A stretch of 64,000 nucleotides of DNA from Mobula hypostoma (Eukaryota): positions 19,902,001 through 19,966,000 of the forward strand of contig NC_086108.1 in the NCBI RefSeq assembly GCF_963921235.1, in the 5' to 3' direction. The notes beneath the pieces are model-generated. The model worked only from the letters and a program-made list of their open reading frames with translations. It had not been told where the DNA came from and ran no database searches. Below are positions 26,900 through 40,989 of this stretch, piece after piece. Numbering within the stretch: the stretch's first letter is position 1; every line of letters begins with the position of its first letter. The translations under genes and the position numbers were made by a program.

Positions 26900-27680
26900 A
26901 GAAAGTGGAGACATTGGTGAGCTTTTCTGATTGTGCAGGTTATGTTCTAGGATCATGAGAGGTTCTATGAGATGTGAACTTCCAGGAGTTTGAAACTGCT
27001 TGCAGTTTCCACTGCTGTGTTGTCGATGTAAAGGGGGATGAGAATGGTGTGAATTCTCCTGAAGTCAATAATCATCTCCTTCGTCTTGTTAACATTGAGG
27101 AAGCAGTTATTTGCTTGGCATCAGACCAGTGTTAAGGATGATGGGAAGGGAGCAGCAGATGTGCAACCTGACTATCTGAGGTCTGTTAATCAGGAAATCC
27201 AATAGCGAGTTGCACGGTGGTGTAGTTAGACTGAGGAATAGGAGTTTGTTCACCAAGGTCTCTGGGACAATAGTGCTGAATGCCAAATTGAAATCTAGAA
27301 ACAGCATTCTGGCATAATTATCCTGGTTTTCCAGGTGTGTCAAGACCTGGTGTATGGTGTAGAGAGCTGTTATGTTGGTAAGCATATTGGTGAGTCTCCA
27401 GTGTGGTAGGAATTGATTTTTTGATATGTGCCATTACCAGCCGTTCAAAGTGCTTCTCAATGATTGGTGTTCATCCCACTGGGTGGTACTCATTTAGTTC
27501 TGTGGGTGTAGAGTTCTTCAGGGATGCTGGCGGCTGATTTGAAGCATATGGGGACAGCAACTTAGATGAGTGAAGTGTTGAAGATGTCTGTGAAGACATC
27601 AGTGAGCTGGTGTGTACTCTCCCTGAGTAGTTGGCCTGGGATGTTATCTGGCCTGGCCACCTTACTTGTAGACTGAAACT
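26900..27680 (-). mobile_element. Degraded Rex1/Babar-like RT fragment
   Basis: LTHLENQDNYARMLFLDFNLAFSTIVP motif. Confidence 0.78.
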
Positions 27681-27879
27681 GACATTAAACATTATCATAA
27701 TTTGAAGTTAATGAAGATATTTTAGGCCAAGAGACTTGATGAAGTTCTTTTAGATTAGGCATTATTCCTGTAGTACTCCTCTGTACTAGGAAAAGTATCA
27801 CTGTGGGATCACCAAAAGTGGATACAATATAATATCCAGCAAATTTCTTAGTGACCTTTCCCTTTGGATTGTTTTAAGA

Positions 27880-29960
27880 TTTAGGATCAGAATCAGACTA
27901 TTTGGCCCGTCGAGTCTGCTCTGCCGTTTTATCACGGCTGATCCAATCTTGCTCTCAGCTCCAACCTCCTGCCCTCTCCCCCATATCCCTTCATGCAATG
28001 ACCAATCAAGAAGCTATCAATCTCTGCTTTAAAAATACATAAAGTCTTGGCCTCCACAGCTACCTGTGGCAAAGAATTCCACAGATACACAACTCTCTGG
28101 CTAAAGAAATTCCTTCTTATCTCCATGCTAAAAGGACACCCATCTCAATTCTGAGGTGGTGTTCTTTGGTCTTGGACTCTGCCATTGGAGAAAATATTTT
28201 CTTCACATCCACTCTATCAAGGCCTTTCACCATTCGATAGGTTTCAATAAGGTCACCCCTCATTCTTCTGAATTCTAGTAAATACAGACACAGAGCTTCA
28301 TATGACGAGCCATTCAATTCAGGAATAATTTTCGCGAACCTCCTTTGAACCGTCTCCAGTTTCTGCACACTCTTTCTGAGATAAGGGGCCCAAACCTTCT
28401 CATGCTCCAGGTGAGGCCTCACCAGTGCTTTATAACGTTTCAACATTACATCATTACATTCTAGTCCTCTTGAAATGAATGTGAACATTATATTTGCCTT
28501 CCTCACCACAGACTCAATCTGCAAATTAACCTTTAGGGAATTCTACACAAGGACTCCTAAGTCCTGTTGCATCTCAGTTATATTTTCTCTCCATTTAGAA
28601 AATAGTCAACCCTTTCATTTCTTCTGCCAGTGCATGACTGTATACTTCCCGACACTGTATTCCATCTACCATTTCTTTGCCCATTCTCCTAATCTAAGTC
28701 CTTATGTAGCCTCTCTACTTCCTCAAAACTACCCACCCCTCCATCTACCTTCATATCATCTGCAAACTTAGCAACAAAGCTGTCAATTCCATCATCCTAA
28801 TCTTTAACATATAACAAAAAAAATCAGTCCCAACACAGACCTCTGTAGAACACCACTATTCACCGGCAGCCAGTCAGAAAACGCTCCCTTTATTCCCACT
28901 CTTTGCCTCCTGTATGTCACCTTGCAAAGGACTTCTGAAAATCCAAGTATTGTACACAACATCAACCAATTTTCCTTATTACTTCTTCAAAGAATTCCAA
29001 CAGATTTGTCAGGCAAGATTTTCCCTTGAGGATACCATACTGACTATGGCCTATTATGTACTTCCAAGTACCCTGCAATCTCATCCTTAATAATTGACTC
29101 TAACATCTTCCCAACCATTGAGGTCAGACGAACTGGCCTATAGTTTTCTTTCTTCTGTCTCTCTCTCTTGAAGAGTGGAGTGACATTTGCAATTTTCCAT
29201 TCTTCCAGAATCATTCCAGAATCTATTGATCCTTGAAAGATTATTATTAATGCCTCCATGATCTCTTCAACCACCTCTTTCAGAATTCTGGGGTGTACAA
29301 CGTCTTGTCCAGGTGACTTCAGATCTTTCAATTTCCCAAGAACCTTCTCTCTAGTAATGGTAGCTTCATACATTTCATGCCCCCTGATGCCTGGAGCTTC
29401 CACCATACTGCTAGTGTCTTCCACAGTGAAGACTGATGCAAAATACTTATTCAGTTTGTCTGCTACTACATTGTTCCCCATTACTGCCTATCCAGCATCG
29501 TTTTCCAGTAGCCCAATATCCACACTTGCCTTTCTATTACACTTCATGTATCTGAAAAAACTTTTGGTATCCTCTTATAAGCCTAGCTTATTTTCGTATT
29601 CCATCTTCACCTTAATGACTTTTTTGTTGCCTTCTGTTGTTTTCTAAAAGCTTCCCAATCCTCTAACTTCCCACTAATTTTTGCTTTATTATATGCCCTC
29701 TTTTTGGTTTTAATGTTGGCTTTGACTTTTCTTGTTAGCCATGGTTGTGTCATCTTACCTTTTAGAATATGTCTTCCTCTTTGGGATGTAAATATCCTGC
29801 ACCTTCTGAATTGCTTCCAGAAATTCCAGCCATTGCTGCTCTGCCATCATCCCTGCCAGTGTTCTTTTCCAATCAGTTCTGGTCAACTCCTCTCTCATGC
29901 CTCTGTAATTCTCTTTACTCCACTATAATATTGATACATCTGACTTTAACTTCTCCATAT
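27880..29960 (-). mobile_element. Degraded CR1 LINE
   Basis: LNKYFASVFT, WKIANVTPLFK, NYRPVRLTS, YKALVRPHLE and LWNSLPQ motifs. Confidence 0.9.
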
Positions 29961-30339
29961 AATTCTGTATAATTCTCAGAATGCAGTCCAGTAATCTGTT
30001 ACCAATGGAAAAATACAGCATGTACTGGAAATATAGACATTAAAAAATTGCCGGTAATACCTACAGATCAGATGGCATACTGTTTTCAGTTGTATATGCA
30101 GCTTTATATTTGTTGTGATCTTTCAGTGATGTGTCTCCAATGATACTCAGGACTTATTCTCTCTCAATCCATACTGTTTACTAACAAGAAGTACTGATGT
30201 TCTGAACTGGGCTTATCAATATCAGATAAGTAAAGGCATAATAAGGCAACTCAGTCCTACACCTTGTGCCATATTGGAACTCCAGGAAGTTGTTCATGTT
30301 CCTTGGATTCTTTCTCATAGCTTTCTCCCAACTTTATGT

Positions 30340-30895
30340 GGTCTAGGCCCAGAGTGTATCGATGTGGCAGGGTCCGTGAGGAATGATTTAAAATGACGGG
30401 CCAGGTGGATTGAAAAGGCAGGATGTCAGAACCAGAAGTTAGGCTGGTTCTGCTTGCTGCTCCGCGATATTTACTCTGCTTTTCACTGAACTGAGGCTGA
30501 GACCTGCTCTGGGTGCTCCGGGCTTCGTGTCTGTGGGCTCTGTGATGTTTACTCTATTTGCTGTTCCGGGCTTCGTGTCTGTGGGCTGTGTGATGTTTAC
30601 TCTATATGCTGCTCCAGGCTCCGTGTCTGTGGGCTCTGTGATGTTTACTCTATATGCTGCTCCAGGGTTTGTGTCTGAGACTGACTTTCATTTTAAATGC
30701 TATTTGCTTACTTTTATTGTTTGCATGATTTGTTTTCTCGCTGTCTGTCTCTGTCTCTCTACATTGCATGTTTGTTTTTTTTTGTGGGCTCTTTTGAGTT
30801 TCTTGTCTTGTGGCTGCCGGTAAGGAGACCAACCTCAAGTTTGTATAATATGTACATACTTTGATAATGTAATTTGAACTTTAAACTTTGAACCT
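30340..30895 (+). mobile_element. SINE-like retroposon with internal minisatellite and (TTTGAAC)-type tail
   Basis: 3' end (gtacatactttgataat...tttgaactttaaactttgaacc) resembles the Rex-type LINE tails elsewhere in the window. Confidence 0.55.
30515..30677. repeat. 48-bp tandem repeat, ~3.4 copies
   Basis: Unit gctccgggcttcgtgtctgtgggctctgtgatgtttactctat(a/t)tgct starts at 30515, 30563, 30611 and partially at 30659. Confidence 0.92.
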
Positions 30896-31074
30896 TTTTG
30901 AATGCCCAAAATATAGTACGTCGAATGGTTTTCCCTTTATTTATGCTGTTATATTCTCAAAGAACAGAACAGGTTCCCTGGGATGATTCAGTGATGAAAG
31001 GCTTTAGTTATGCGGTTGACTGGAGAATAACTTTATGTATTAATTCAAGGATGCTGCTTTTGCAGGCTGAGCCA

Positions 31075-31810
31075 TCATTTTAATCGCCCGTTCCTAGTTT
31101 CCCTTGAGAAAATGGTGGTCAGCTGCCTTCTTGAACCACTGCATCTTGGAGGTATGGGTGCACTCACAGTGGTTTTTAAGGAAGGAGCTCAAGGGTTTTT
31201 ACTTAAGTGATGGAAAGGCAACATATTTACAAGTCAGGATGGAAGGGCAACTTCCAGATGTGGTGTTCCTAAGCTTCTGCTGCCTTTATCCTTCCAGATG
31301 GTAGATGTGACACATTTGGAAAGTGCTGTCTAAAGAGTCTTGGCGAGTTGCCGCAGTGCTTCCTGTAAATGGTAGAAATTGCTGGTACTGTTTAACAGTG
31401 ATGGAGTGAGTGATTAGTTGTGGATGGGGTATCAATCAACTAGGCTACCATGTCCTGTAAGGTTCGAACTACTTGAGTCATGTTGAAGAAATGGAATTTT
31501 GAAGGTTGAGAGAAATCTGATAGAAGTATTTACTATAATGATGGTTGGTGACAGAGTACATAGAAATCATTTCATGGACAGAAGTTTAAGAACAGAGGTC
31601 ATAGATTGAACTTGATTGAGAGAAGAATAAAATTGAGGAAAACGTTTTTAAGCAGGCGGCTGTTAGAATTTGGAATGGAGTCTTTTGGGATGACAGCATG
31701 TGGGCAGTGGTAGGGTAGAGGCAAGGGGAGCTCCTCTAACTGGATTGCACTTGCATAGTCCTGGAATAGAGCTGATAGGGCAACAATCTGCTTCCTATGT
31801 TGTAACTTCT
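31075..31810. mobile_element. Old LINE remnants (minus-strand LINE 3' part, then plus-strand CR1 3' end)
   Basis: cccttgagaaaatggtggtcagctgccttcttgaaccactgca, and a degenerate CR1 tail gagagaaatctgatagaagtattt...cttcctatgttgtaa. Confidence 0.55.
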
Positions 31811-33979
31811 TAATGGTGAGCATGGCACCACATTTATGCAAATTAAATGCCACATGGCCCATTTCTTTAATGTATTGAATTTGACAGTATTCCTTCACAT
31901 CCTTAACCCATGTACAGTTGCTTACTTGTCATGCCTCTAATATCATATTCCAGGGTATTAATAAAGGAAACGAACAGTGAAGTACCTAAGGCTGATGCTG
32001 ATCAAACAAGGCTGAATTTCTTCTGTTGGATAAAATCTTGTAGTTAACCTCCACTCCAGATGATTAATTTTCTATTGATACTGCAAGATTCTTCACTAAC
32101 ATAATTTAGTATGAGCAACCTGATTGAAAGTTTTAGAAAGTCAAGGTGGTTGCTATGTTAGTGGTTAAAATCTAGATGGAGTTGACAGAAATATGGAGAG
32201 AATAAAATGGGATTATTAAAAATTTATCTAAAAGGTTGATTGATAGTCAGCATGGATTTGATGGGCTGAAGCGTCTATTTTTGTGTTGTATGGTTCTGAT
32301 ATTTTTTATTGAATTTCTACCATTCAATATCAAACTAAACTGAAATGTTCATGAATTTGGAAGCCATTACCTGGAAGTTAACTATCTCCAAAAAGCTAAT
32401 CACTTTAATAAGTATTATTAAAGTGCATTTTGTGTGATCTTACATAACACATTTCCAATAATTTTCAGCATAATATTATAATTACATGAAGAATCAAATT
32501 TATGTTCTTTTTGGTGTTAGTAAACTTCGAAAGTAAACCATTCTATTTCAGATGTGGGCAAAGACTCACAGCACTTGTGTCCTGTTTTTGAATTCTGGAA
32601 CAATACCTGAATTTAGGAAAGATTCAATCTGATTTGATTCTAATCTAACTAAGGTAATATTATTGCCTATTTTAGTAATTCTACTCGGTGCAGAAATTTG
32701 AAAGAGTTATTTGGAAATCATAGCCTTGGAAGCTGTTTGAATTTTCCCTGTGGTTTCTATATCCTGACATAGCTGAAAATGTTTTCATAATTGTTGTAAT
32801 CTGTTTTTGCAGAGATCTTTTTGCTCCCATTATAATTGGTTTACCTCCCTCGATTGCATGCTATAATTATCTCTGTTCTCCTTCAGTTAAAATGCACAGG
32901 TTTTTAAAATGTTACAATTTCACTTGAACTGGACTCATTCATGCATGTTTTATTGACCTTTGTCACATATCAGTGAATCTAACTTGCCTTGACATGCTAA
33001 AACCAAATTGCTTTTGTCCCTTAGTTTCTCAAGTGTGGTTGCATTTGGTAACTTATAATTTTCAGGGACAACTATTGCAGAATCTTGAATTTTAAAAGAT
33101 GATAACCAGAGTACCCACTATCTTTTTAGCCACCTCTTCTGAAACTCTGAAATGTGGAACATTAATAACTTCTCTGGTTATTCTGTTTTCCTAAAAGTTG
33201 CTATTTTTATATCCATTCCTCATCAGTACTAGATCTTTTGTTCTGTTACTTTTGTTTCTATTATGGATCAATACAAAAAAAAAATTCCTCTTTATGTATA
33301 GAAGTTCTTGTGATCTGTTTTGTTTATCATTGAGTCCAACCAAATTGAACAGTTTGGAATACAAGTCTGGAGTAGGTCCAACAGCATTGGCCAAATCATA
33401 ACTGTTATTGAAGCTGATTAAGAAATAATTGGATTGAAGTCTTTTCACCTCCTTCAGCACTGTGCCCAAGACTTACATTGTTCTTGTAAATATCAGTAGA
33501 TGATCTTGATTTGGTTCAGCATTCTCCGCCATGCAAGTTGGACTTGAACTATGCTGTGTTACCTCATTCGTTGTACATTAATGGTTACTATTTTTTTTAC
33601 TAGTAAAGCCAGAATTGATACTAAAGAAAACACAGAATCCTAATTTTTCTTGTGAGTGAACGAAGTATGTATTCCCTTTCATCTTTGATCTGTGTGATGG
33701 CAAATTCCTCCATAATGAGAATGTTATGCTTGGCCCATTGGCTGAAGATTGTACAGAAGTTAAATGGTAATTGAAGATATTGAAATAAAGTACAATATCC
33801 AGAATGTCATTGCAAGCACCGAGATTTTGGACTAAACTGGAAACACAGATGCACGCTTGACAGCTGTGTCAGAGCTTGAACAGTATTACTTTCTACAAGT
33901 CGAGGTCAGTTAGCAGAATTGGCAATGGCCCATCACTGCTGAGTGAACTCAATGCCTTTTTTACATGCTTTGATAGAGA

Positions 33980-36484
33980 TCGACTAAAGCTCAGCGTTTA
34001 ACAGAATTATCCCATCCTAATCAAGGTTAAAGACCTGGACCTCTGGACCTCCCTCTGCAAATGAATCTTCAATTTTCTCATTGGGACCTCAATCAGTGTG
34101 GATTGGTAATGTCTCTTCCTTGCTGACCATCAGCACAAATGAACCTCAGGGCTGCTGTGTGGTTAGACCCTGTACTACTTGCTATACTCATGCTAAACAC
34201 AACTCCAATGCCAACAGCACACTGATGGACAGGACACCTGGTTGAGTGGTGCAGGAACAACAACCTCTCAATGTCAGTTAAGGGAGATTGGCATATTACC
34301 GAACATTCTATCAAACTTCTAGATGGACTTGAAAGACTCATATCATGGTCTGGTAGGGCAATTGATATTGCAAAGGAATGCGAAGAGCTACAGAGAGCAG
34401 TGGACTCAGCCCAATATATCGCAAGAACATCCCTCCCACCATTGGTAGTATCTGTGAGACACTACCCCAAGAAGGCAACATCTATCATCAAAGATTCCCA
34501 ATATGTAGGCCATGCTATCTTCTTGCAGCTACCATCGGGCAGCAGGTTCAGAATCCCAAAGTTCCTCATCATCAGGTTGAAGAACAACTGCTTTCCTTGA
34601 ACCATTCAGTTTTTGATCCAACTAGGACAACTGTATTCACTACAGTTTAGCAATACTCTGACCACTTTGATCAGAGTCAGGTTTATTATTATCACTGACA
34701 TGGTTTGTGAAATTTGTTGTTTTGTGGCAGCAGTACAGTGCAATGCATTAAAATACTATCAGGTATAATTAAAAAAATATAAAAAATAAATAAATAGTGC
34801 AAAAGGGGCAAAATATTGAAGTAATGTTAATGGATCCAAGCATCATTCAGAAATCTGATGGCAGAGGGTAAGAAGCTATTCCTAAAATGTTGTATTTGTG
34901 TCTTCAGTCTTCTGTACCTCCTCCCTGATGGTAGTAATGAGAAGAAGACGTGTCCTGGATGGTGAGGGTCCTTAATGATGGTCCAGAGGCCAGTGCCCAT
35001 GATGAAGTTGACTGAGTTTATAACCCACTGCAGCTTTTTCCAATCCTGTGCAGTGGGGCCTCCATACCAGACAGTGAGAATGCAACCAGTCAGAATGTTC
35101 TCCACAGTACATCTATCAAAATTTGCTAGAGTCTTTGGTGACATACCTAATCTACTTAAACTCCTAATGAAATGTAGTCATTGATCAATCGCTACTGAAG
35201 TGGACTTTGTTTTTTTGTGTTCCAATTGTGTACTATCTTGTAAAATTTGTGTGTATGTTTTTCTTGTGATGCTGTGTGACAATGATGCTGTTGCAAGTAA
35301 GTTTTCAATGCACCTGTGTATATATGTATGACAATAATCTTGATTTTAACTTTTGAAATAATTAGATGTTGGAGTTTAGAAAGAAGAAAGCATAATACGG
35401 ATCTTGAGGGAGTTGTAAGTTTTCCTGTAGCGGGATAAGGAAAACTTTGAGAATCTATCTTTATTGGGCAGTAGAAGAGCCAAATTTTAAAAACACTTAA
35501 AAATTTTAAAATGGCAAAAATGTGGAAAGAGATGAATCACGAAAGAGACTTGGCAGGAAGCTCAGACACCTCAGCCTGCACGCCACCTTTTGCAGCTGGA
35601 TCCTGGACTTCCTTTCGGATCGCTGACAGGTGGTAAGGATGGACTTCCCTACCTCTGTCCCACTGACCTCAACACAGGTGCCCCCCAGGGTTGTGTCCTG
35701 AGTCCCCTCCTCTACTTCCTTTATACCCATTTCTGTGCTGCCACACATAGCTCCAGTCTGCTGAATAAATTTGCAGATGACTCAACATTGATCGGACTTA
35801 TTTCTAACGGTGATGAGACAGCCTAGAGGAGAGGTTTAACACCCTGACGCAGTGGTGCCAAGAGAACAACCTCTCCCTCAGTGTACAAAAAACAAAAGAG
35901 CCGATCGTGTTTTACAGGAGGAACGGAGACAGGCTCACCCCAATCAACATCAATGGAACTGTAGTTGAGAGGGTGAGTAGTTTCAAGTTCCTTGGATACA
36001 CATCACCGAAGATCTCACTGGACTGTACACACCAAGTGTGTGGCAAAAAAAAACGCAACAGCGTCTCTTCCACCTCAGATGACTGAAGAAGTTCGGCATA
36101 AGCCCCCAAATCCTTCTACAGGGGCACCATTGAGAGCATCTTGACTGGCTGATCACCGTCTGATAAGGGAACTGCACCAAACTTGATCACTGGGCACCGT
36201 AGAGAGTGGTACGGACAACCCAGCGCATGTGAACTTCCCTCCATTGAGGATATTTACAGCAGCAGGTGTGTAAGGAAGACCTGGAAGATCATTGGGGACA
36301 CCAGTCACCCCAACCATAAACTGTTTCAGCTGCTTCTGTCTGGCAAATGGTATCGCAGCATTAAAGCCAGGATCAACAGGCTACGGGACAGCTTCTTGCT
36401 ACGAGCTATTAGACTTATAAATTCTCATGTCTGTACGTTGTGACTCCCTCATGTTGTGGAACAGATTTAAATAAATTCAAATTC
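33980..36484. mobile_element. Cluster of Rex1/Babar-like LINE fragments (+ 33980-34670, - 34675-35185, + 35550-36484)
   Basis: NTGAPQGCVLSPLLY...KFADD, LLPSGRRYR, HPNHKLFQLLLSGKWYRSIKAR; the last copy has an (AATTCA)n tail. Confidence 0.85.
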
Positions 36485-37037
36485 TTTTTTTTTAAAATTT
36501 TATTTTTATTTGGATAAGGAATTCACAATTATCACGTACTTTTTTCACACATATAACCTTTTCCATTTTTTTATATGTATAAAACTACAATTATTTATAC
36601 ATTCTTAAGTACACATTGAGATGATATAAAAGGAAAATAAACATTTAAATAGATAATTATGTACTGTGGTAAATCTAACCTATTAGGCTAAGTAAAGAAA
36701 TTAGTTGTTAAGAAAAATGGTAATAATAGTTTCCATACAACCCTTCTGGACCATTTCCACTGGTCCAAAATGTTGCATACAAGCCTATATACCAACCATT
36801 GTAGGTGTTTATATCCCAATTTGTTCGTGCTTGTTCCTGCCCGCAGATATAATTATCCAATCCCTATGTACTTATTTACTTAATTTTTTCTTTTTTTTTT
36901 ATCCCTTTCCCAAATCTTTCCCTTTACTTGTGTTAATTCTCTATTTTCCAAAAAAAAAACAAACATTTAGACTAGGGGTGCTTACGTTAGCAATATTACT
37001 GTGTGGATGAGAAGAGCAATATAAATCATTAGGAGAG

Positions 37038-37886
37038 TCATCTAAAGTCTGCTCGCATTGGGATTATATATTCAATCCATTTATTCCAGATTTGATAAAA
37101 TGTTTCTTTTTGAGTTCTCAGGGAGTAAGTCAACTTTTCCATTTTAAATATTTCCAAGATAATTTTGTACCAATCTTCTAATGTAGGTGGTATTGGATTT
37201 AGCCATTTTCTAGTGATTGATTTCTTACTTGCCGCTAAGAGGGCCTGCAGCAACTTTATATCTTCCTTCTGTTCAAGGAACAATACATGCCCCAAATAGA
37301 GCGTCTCAAAGTTCAGAGGTATCTGGGACCTAAGTACCTTAACTAATATTCTATGAATACCTTCCCAAAATAGACTTAATTTAGGGCAATCCCAGAAAAT
37401 ATGAAAATGATTTGCCTCCTTGGAGCCGCACCTTCTCCAACACATCACATTTGTATCTTTATATTTTTCCTGATATGGGGTCTTGAAGTATCTTGTAATG
37501 TTTTTCCAACAATGTTCTCTCCAAGTCAAAGAATTAGTCGAGGACCATTGAAAGCTGCAGATTTTCCCCCAAGCCTCCTCTGAAAGTACCAACCCCGCTT
37601 CTTTCTCCCACTTCTCTTTAATATACGTGTCATTAAGGTCTAGATATTCTTTGATTTCTCCCCTTAATCTCTCCATTACTTTCGGGTTATTGAGTATATG
37701 TGAGTTTAGCCTCCATAGTGTTTTCCTCATTTTCCTTTCCAGGATTAGAGACATAGAGACTAGGCTATGATCTGACAGATCAATTGTTGCAATATTACAG
37801 TTTTTTATCCTGAGTCTATCTGTATTAAAGATAAAGAAATAGTCTATCCTTGAATAGGCTGAATGAGGGAAAGAGTAATATGTATA
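37038..37886 (-). CDS. L1 ORF2 continuation: end of endonuclease fused directly to C-terminal CCHC domain (RT absent)
   Basis: SRIDYFF...LSDHS, then EYLDLNDT|YIKEKWEKE, then CWRRC...HIFWDC. No YADD motif. Confidence 0.88.
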   Translation of the reverse strand, partial: YTYYSFPHSAYSRIDYFFIFNTDRLRIKNCNIATIDLSDHSLVSMSLILERKMRKTLWRLNSHILNNPKVMERLRGEIKEYLDLNDTYIKEKWEKEAGLVLSEEAWGKICSFQWSSTNSLTWREHCWKNITRYFKTPYQEKYKDTNVMCWRRCGSKEANHFHIFWDCPKLSLFWEGIHRILVKVLRSQIPLNFETLYLGHVLFLEQKEDIKLLQALLAASKKSITRKWLNPIPPTLEDWYKIILEIFKMEKLTYSLRTQKETFYQIWNKWIEYIIPMRADFR

Positions 37887-37984
37887 ATAGAAACATAGAA
37901 ACATAGAAAATAGGTGCAGGAGTAGGCCATTCGGCCCTTCGAGCCTGCACCGCCATTTATTATGATCATGGCTGATCATCCAAC

Positions 37985-40984
37985 TCAGAACCCAGCCTTC
38001 CCTCCATACCCCCTGACCCCTGTAGCCACAAGGGCCATATCTAACTTCCTTTTAAACATAGCTAATGAACTGGCCTCAACAGTTTGCTGTGGCAGAGAAT
38101 TCCACAGATTCACCACTCTCTGTGTGAAGAAGTTTTTCCTAATCTCGGTCCTAAAAGGCTTCCCCTCTATCCTCAAACTGTGACCCCTCGTTCTGGACCT
38201 CCCCAACATCGGGAACAATCTTCCCGCATCTAGCCTGTCCAATCCCTTTAGGATCTTATACGTTTCAATCAGATCCCCCCTCAATCTTCTAAATTCCAAC
38301 GAGTACAAGCCCAGTTCATCCAGTCTTTCTTCATATGAAAGACCTGCCATCCCAGGAATCAATCTGGTGAACCTTCTTTGTACTCCCTCTATGGCAAAGA
38401 TGTCTTTCCTCAGATTAGGGGACCAAAACTGCACACAATACTCCAGGTGTGGTCTCACCAAGGCCTTGTACAACTGCAGTAGTACCTCCCTGCTCCTGTA
38501 CTCGAATCCTCTCGCTATAAATGCCAGCATACCGTTCGCCTTTTTCACCGCCTGCTGTACCTGCATGCCCACTTTCAATGACTGGTGTATAATGACACCC
38601 AGGTCTCGTTGCACCTCCCCTTTTCCTAATCGGCCACCATTCAGATAATAATCTGTTTTCCTATTTTTGCCACCAAAGTGGATAACTTCACATTTATCCA
38701 CATTAAATTGCATCTGCCATGAGTTTGCCCACTCACCCAACCTATCCAAGTCACCCTGCATCCTCTTAGCATCCTCCTCACTGCTAACACTGCCACCCAG
38801 CTTCGTGTCATCCGCAAACTTGGAGATGCTGCATTTAATTCCCTCATCCAAGTCATTAATATATATTGTAAACAACTGGGGTCCCAGCACTGAGCCTTGC
38901 GGTACCCCACTAGTCACCGCCTGCCATTCTGAAAAGGTCCCGTTTATTCCCACTCTTTGCTTCCTGTCTGCTAACCAATTCTCCACCCACACCAATACCT
39001 TACCCCCAATACCGTGTGCTTTAAGTTTGCACACTAATCTCCTGTGTGGGACCTTGTCAAAAGCCTTTTGAAAATCCAAATATACCACATCCACTGGTTC
39101 TCCCCCATCCACTCTACTAGTTACATCCTCAAAAAATTCTATGAGATTCGTCAGACATGATTTTCCTTTCACAAATCCATGCTGACTTTGTCCGATCATT
39201 TCACCGCTTTCCAAATGTGCTGTTATCACATCCTTGATAACTGACTCCAGCAGTTTCCCCACCACTGACGTTAGGCTAACCGGCCTATAATTCCCCGGTT
39301 TCTCTCTCCCTCCTTTTTTAAAAAGTGGGGTTACATTAGCCACCCTCCAATCCTCAGGAACTAGTCCAGAATCTAACGAGTTTTGAAAAATTATCACTAA
39401 TGCATCCACTATTTCTTGGGCCACTTCCTTAAGCACTCTGGGATGCAGACCATCTGGCCCTGGGGATTTATCTGCCTTCAATCCCTTCAATTTACCTAAC
39501 ACCACTTCCCTACTAACATGTATTTCGCTCAGTTCCTCCATCTCACTGGACCCTCTGTCCCTTACTATTTCTGGAAGATTATTTATGTCCTCCTTAGTGA
39601 AGACAGAACCAAAGTAATTATTCAATTGGTCTGCCATGTCCTTGCTCCCCATAATCAATTCACCTGTTTCTGTTTGCAGGGGACCTACATTTGTCTTTAT
39701 CAGTCTTTTCCTTTTTACATATCTATAAAAGCTTTTACAGTCCGTTTTTATGTTCTCTGCCAGTTTTCTCTCATAATCTTTTTTCCCCTTCCTAATTAAG
39801 CCCTTTGTCCTCCTCTGCTGAACTCTGAATTTCTCCCAGTCCTCAGGTGAGCCACTTTCTCTGGCTAATTTGTATGCTACTTCTTTGGAATTGATACTAT
39901 CCCTAATTTCACTTGTCAGCCACGGGTGCACTACCTTCCTTGATTTATTCTTTTGCCAAACTGGGATGAACAATTGTTGTAGTTCATCCATGCAACCTTT
40001 AAATGCCTGCCATTGCATATCCACCGTCAATCCTTGAAGTGTCATTTGCCAGTCTATCTTAGCTAATTCACGTCTCATACCTTCAAAGTTACCCCTCTTT
40101 AAGTTCAGAACCTTTGTTTCTGAATTAACTACGTCACTCTCCATGTTAATGAAGAATTCCACCATATTATGGTCACTCTTACCCAAGGGGCCTCTCACGA
40201 CAAGATCGCTAATTAACCCTTCCTCATTGCTCAAAACCCAGTCCAGAATAGCCTGCTCTCTAGTCGGTTCCTCGACATGTTGGTTCAAAAAACCATCCCG
40301 CATACATTCCAAAAAATCCTCTTCCTCAGCACCTTTACCAATTTGGTTCACCCAGTCTACATGTAGATTGAAGTCACCCATTATAACTGCTGTTCCTTTA
40401 TTGCACACATTTCTAATTTCCTGTTTAATACCATCTCCGACCTCACTACTACTGTTAGGTGGCCTGTACACAACTCCCACCAGCGTCTTCTGCCCCTTAG
40501 TGTTACGCAGCTCTACCCATACCGATTCCACATCTTCCCGGCTTATGTCCTTCCTTTCTATTGCGTTAATCTCTTTTTTAACCAGCAACGCCACCCCACC
40601 TCCCCTTCCTTCATGTCTATCCCTCCTGAATATTGAATATCCCTGAACGTTGAGCTCCTATCCCTGGTCACTCTGGAGCCATGTCTCTGTGATCCCAACT
40701 ATATCATAATCATTAATAACAATCTGCACTTTCAATTCATCCACCTTATTACGAATGCTCCTTGCATTGACACATAAAGCCTTCAGGCGCTCTTTTACAA
40801 CTCTCTTAGCCCTTTTTAATGCTTGCCCTGGATTTGTCGGCCTGCCACTTTTACTTTTCCCCTTTGTACTTTTTGCTTCTACGCTCACTTTACACCCCTC
40901 TGTCTCTCTGCACTGGTTCCCATCCCTCTGTTGTGAACTAACCTCCTCACACCTAGCCGCTTTAATTTGATTCCCACCCCCCAA
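37985..40984 (-). pseudogene. CR1 ORF2 (APE endonuclease + RT), ~999 codons with one premature stop
   Basis: [37 protein letters not shown] and KFADD motifs. ORFs 40658-40984 and 37985-40594 are in the same frame. Confidence 0.93.
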
Positions 40985-40989
40985 CCATT

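Noticed and set aside
30515..30677. Repeat array as CRISPR or a coding repeat protein
   Set aside because: The units are contiguous with no unique spacers, there are no cas genes and the context is vertebrate. The ORF stays open only because 48 is divisible by 3.
37887..37979. N-terminus of the 313-aa ORF (MISHDHNK...)
   Set aside because: It is read-through of the CR1 3' UTR and tail into the L1 frame, not a real start.
38367..40970. Plus-strand ORFs opposite CR1 ORF2
   Set aside because: Antisense shadows of a long coding frame.
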